The translations under genes and the position numbers were made by a program. A DNA stretch of 64,000 nucleotides from Dehalococcoidia bacterium. Its GTDB lineage: Bacteria; Chloroflexota; Dehalococcoidia; Lucifugimonadales; UBA1123. Under the pieces are notes generated by a model that saw nothing but the letters and a program-made list of their open reading frames with translations, made no database searches and had not been told where the DNA came from. Below, piece after piece: positions 62,286 to 64,000 of the stretch. The stretch covers positions 2,281,596 through 2,345,595 of the forward strand of contig OY761144.1 of NCBI GenBank assembly GCA_963664365.1, in the 5' to 3' direction. Numbering within the stretch: position 1 is the stretch's first letter; each line of letters begins with the position of its first letter.

Positions 62286-62748
62286 CTTTATAGCTACCGC
62301 CAGAGATTTGGCCCAAGCCAACACTAGGGGCCGCCCACGCGAAACTAACCTGCGCCGCGCCGTCAGCACAGCCTACTACGCATTGTTTCACGGACTGGCA
62401 GAGTGCTGCGCCGACATGCTTGTCGGCGGATCTGGCGCTAACCGCAGTCAAGCCGCGTGGCGTCAGACCTACCGCGCGTTGCAACATGGAACTATCAGGC
62501 AGCGTTGCCAACATCAGGCCGTAATCAGAAAGTTTTCAACCGAAATCCAGAACTTCGCAATCCAGTTCGTGATTTTGCAGAAAGAACGGCATCGCGCCGA
62601 CTACGATCCAGAAGGCGTTTACAATAAGGATGAAGTGCTCCAAAAGATTACTGAAGTGGAGCGGCGACTTAAAGGCTTCACAAAAGTTCCTGCTAGGGAT
62701 CGCCGCGCCTTCGCCATCTATGTTCTGCTGGATATCCGGAGCGACTAG
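62272..62748 (+). CDS. Hypothetical alpha-helical protein B, HEPN-like pattern
   Basis: 158 aa. The TTG start overlaps the A2 end by 14 nt. NLRRAVSTAYYALFHGLAE and LQKERHRADYDP resemble HEPN (PF05168-type) helices. Not verified. Confidence 0.5.
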   Translation: MKPADFIATARDLAQANTRGRPRETNLRRAVSTAYYALFHGLAECCADMLVGGSGANRSQAAWRQTYRALQHGTIRQRCQHQAVIRKFSTEIQNFAIQFVILQKERHRADYDPEGVYNKDEVLQKITEVERRLKGFTKVPARDRRAFAIYVLLDIRSD

Positions 62749-62758
62749 GAAAACCCCA

Positions 62759-63160
62759 ATGCAAAGCTGGCCAGCCTCAGACTCCCGTATAATCTATCGC
62801 CGCTTCCAGCCCGGCGAATCGCTGATCGCCGACCTCGAGTCGTTCGCCCTCTCCGAGGGCATCACGGAAGCAGCCATAACATCCTGTATCGGGAGCCTCA
62901 CGCAGTTGAAACTACGCAACCTGTGCAGGCATGACGAATCCGGCTCACCCGAGTTCCAGAGATCCACTATCGACGAAAACCTCGAGCTTGTGAGCGCCGA
63001 GGGCTACGTCCAGCCGATGCCAGAGGGAGGCATACGGGTACATATACACGTCGCCGCCGCGCGGCCCTCCGGCGAGATGGTCGGCGGACACTGCGAAGAC
63101 GCCACCACCTACACTGGCGCGTTCATGTACCTGCACGTCCTCGAAGAATCGGGAAGCTGA
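62759..63160 (+). CDS. PPC (DUF296) domain protein
   Basis: 133 aa from ATG 62759. ITSCIGSLTQLKLRN...ELVSAEGYV...VHIHVAAARPSGEMVGGHC fits the PPC/DUF296 fold pattern. Confidence 0.55.
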   Translation: MQSWPASDSRIIYRRFQPGESLIADLESFALSEGITEAAITSCIGSLTQLKLRNLCRHDESGSPEFQRSTIDENLELVSAEGYVQPMPEGGIRVHIHVAAARPSGEMVGGHCEDATTYTGAFMYLHVLEESGS

Positions 63161-63168
63161 CTCGGCCC

Positions 63169-63966
63169 ATGCAAACCCACACGTCGGGGAGGCTCAGAGG
63201 AAAGGTCGCCATAGTCAGCGGCGCGGGAACCTACGGCGGCAGCGGAGTCGGCAACGGAGCGGCGGCCGCAATCGTGTTCGCCCGCGAGGGAGCCAAGGTC
63301 GTCCTGGTGGACGCCGTCAAAGAATGGGCGGATGCGACGCGAGCGATCATCGAGAAGGAAGGCGGCCAGGCGATGACCGCCGTCGCCGACGTCACCAACT
63401 CGGAGGAATGCAAGTCCGTCGTCGAGGCGACTGTTGACAGATTCGGCGGCCTCCACATCTTGCACAACAACGTCGGAGGAGGAGGGTTTGCCGGCGTCGT
63501 GGACTCGACCGACGAGGATTGGCTCCGCAGTTCCACCATCAACCTCATGAGCGTCATCAACATGTGCCGATTTGCCGTCCCGCTGATGAAGTCCGGCGGT
63601 GGCGGCTCGATAATCAACGTCTCGTCGGTAACGGCGCTAAGGCCCAAGACAGGCGTCTCATCAGCATCATACACGGTCAACAAGTCGGCGGTCGTCGGAC
63701 TGACGAAAGCGATGGCAGTCGATCACGCCGCGGACAACATCAGGGTCAACTGCATCATGCCGGGCCTGATATGGACACCAAGAGTCGCGAGCGGTTCCAC
63801 CGACATGCGCGAGACACGCCGCGTCTCGACTCCTCTCCCAATCGAAGGCCAAGGCTGGGACATCGGCTGGGCTGCCTTATACCTAGCGAGCGACGAAGCC
63901 AGGTTCGTCACGGGCGTAGTCCTCCCCGTGGACGGCGGATTCCTGCTGACAAGCGCCCCCAACTGA
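63169..63966 (+). CDS. SDR family oxidoreductase
   Basis: GKVAIVSGAGTYGGSGVGNGAA (TGxxxGxG-like), NNVG, SSV...YTVNKSAVVGLTK (YxxxK) and PGLIWTP. Confidence 0.9.
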   Translation: MQTHTSGRLRGKVAIVSGAGTYGGSGVGNGAAAAIVFAREGAKVVLVDAVKEWADATRAIIEKEGGQAMTAVADVTNSEECKSVVEATVDRFGGLHILHNNVGGGGFAGVVDSTDEDWLRSSTINLMSVINMCRFAVPLMKSGGGGSIINVSSVTALRPKTGVSSASYTVNKSAVVGLTKAMAVDHAADNIRVNCIMPGLIWTPRVASGSTDMRETRRVSTPLPIEGQGWDIGWAALYLASDEARFVTGVVLPVDGGFLLTSAPN

Positions 63967-64000
63967 CCCCATACGGGGCGGGGCTGGCGATCTGAGTCAT

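Overview
High-GC bacterial chromosomal segment. Lineage cannot be determined from the sequence alone. The short monoderm-type YidC, Pro/Thr-tethered lipoprotein binding proteins, a Uma2 nuclease and GC-rich REP-like hairpins would fit a Chloroflexota-like organism, but this is a low-confidence guess. Layout: (i) 1-13251 is a complete type I-E CRISPR-Cas locus on the minus strand. It has an array of at least 64 repeats running off the left edge, a 51-nt leader, cas2-cas1-cas6e-cas5e-cas7e-cse2-cse1, a 459-bp A+T-rich gap, then cas3, which directly abuts tRNA-Lys(UUU). (ii) 13.4-24.1 kb is housekeeping: ATL-Fpg-NUDIX-GNAT, rpmH-rnpA-yidD-(PQQ lipoprotein)-yidC-jag, two crotonase paralogs each preceded by an identical hairpin element, a DUF4143 AAA ATPase and an orphan peptide-type SBP. 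(iii) 24.1-35.4 kb is an accessory/defence region: HigA-like HTH, a methyltransferase-fold protein with a SplB-type radical SAM enzyme, a single-chain Type IIG R-M enzyme, a DUF262 plus HEPN pair, DTGF aspartic protease modules and a phage terminase remnant. This region is punctuated by three decayed copies of the livF 3' end. (iv) 35.4-40.6 kb is the livFGMH-SBP operon (minus strand). (v) 40.6-41.7 kb holds a Uma2 nuclease and a small membrane protein. (vi) 41.8-61.4 kb is a mosaic polysaccharide locus (Wzx, Wzy-like, five GT4, a GT-C protein, gmd, sugar dehydrogenase, AsnB-like, methyltransferases) with embedded zeta-like and MazEF modules. (vii) 61.5-64 kb has a tandemly duplicated two-gene module, a PPC protein and an SDR. 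The most interesting observation is a degenerate but structure-preserving CRISPR-like mini-array on the opposite strand in the cas3-cse1 gap, next to a small ORF with atypical codon usage (a CreA/CreR/CreTA-like candidate). Other leads: recombinant and repeat-derived spacers in the array, serial island accretion at the livF 3' end, an uncharacterised HTH/MTase-fold/radical-SAM operon, and a duplicated HEPN-like pair. All functional calls rest on motif recognition by eye. No database search was run.
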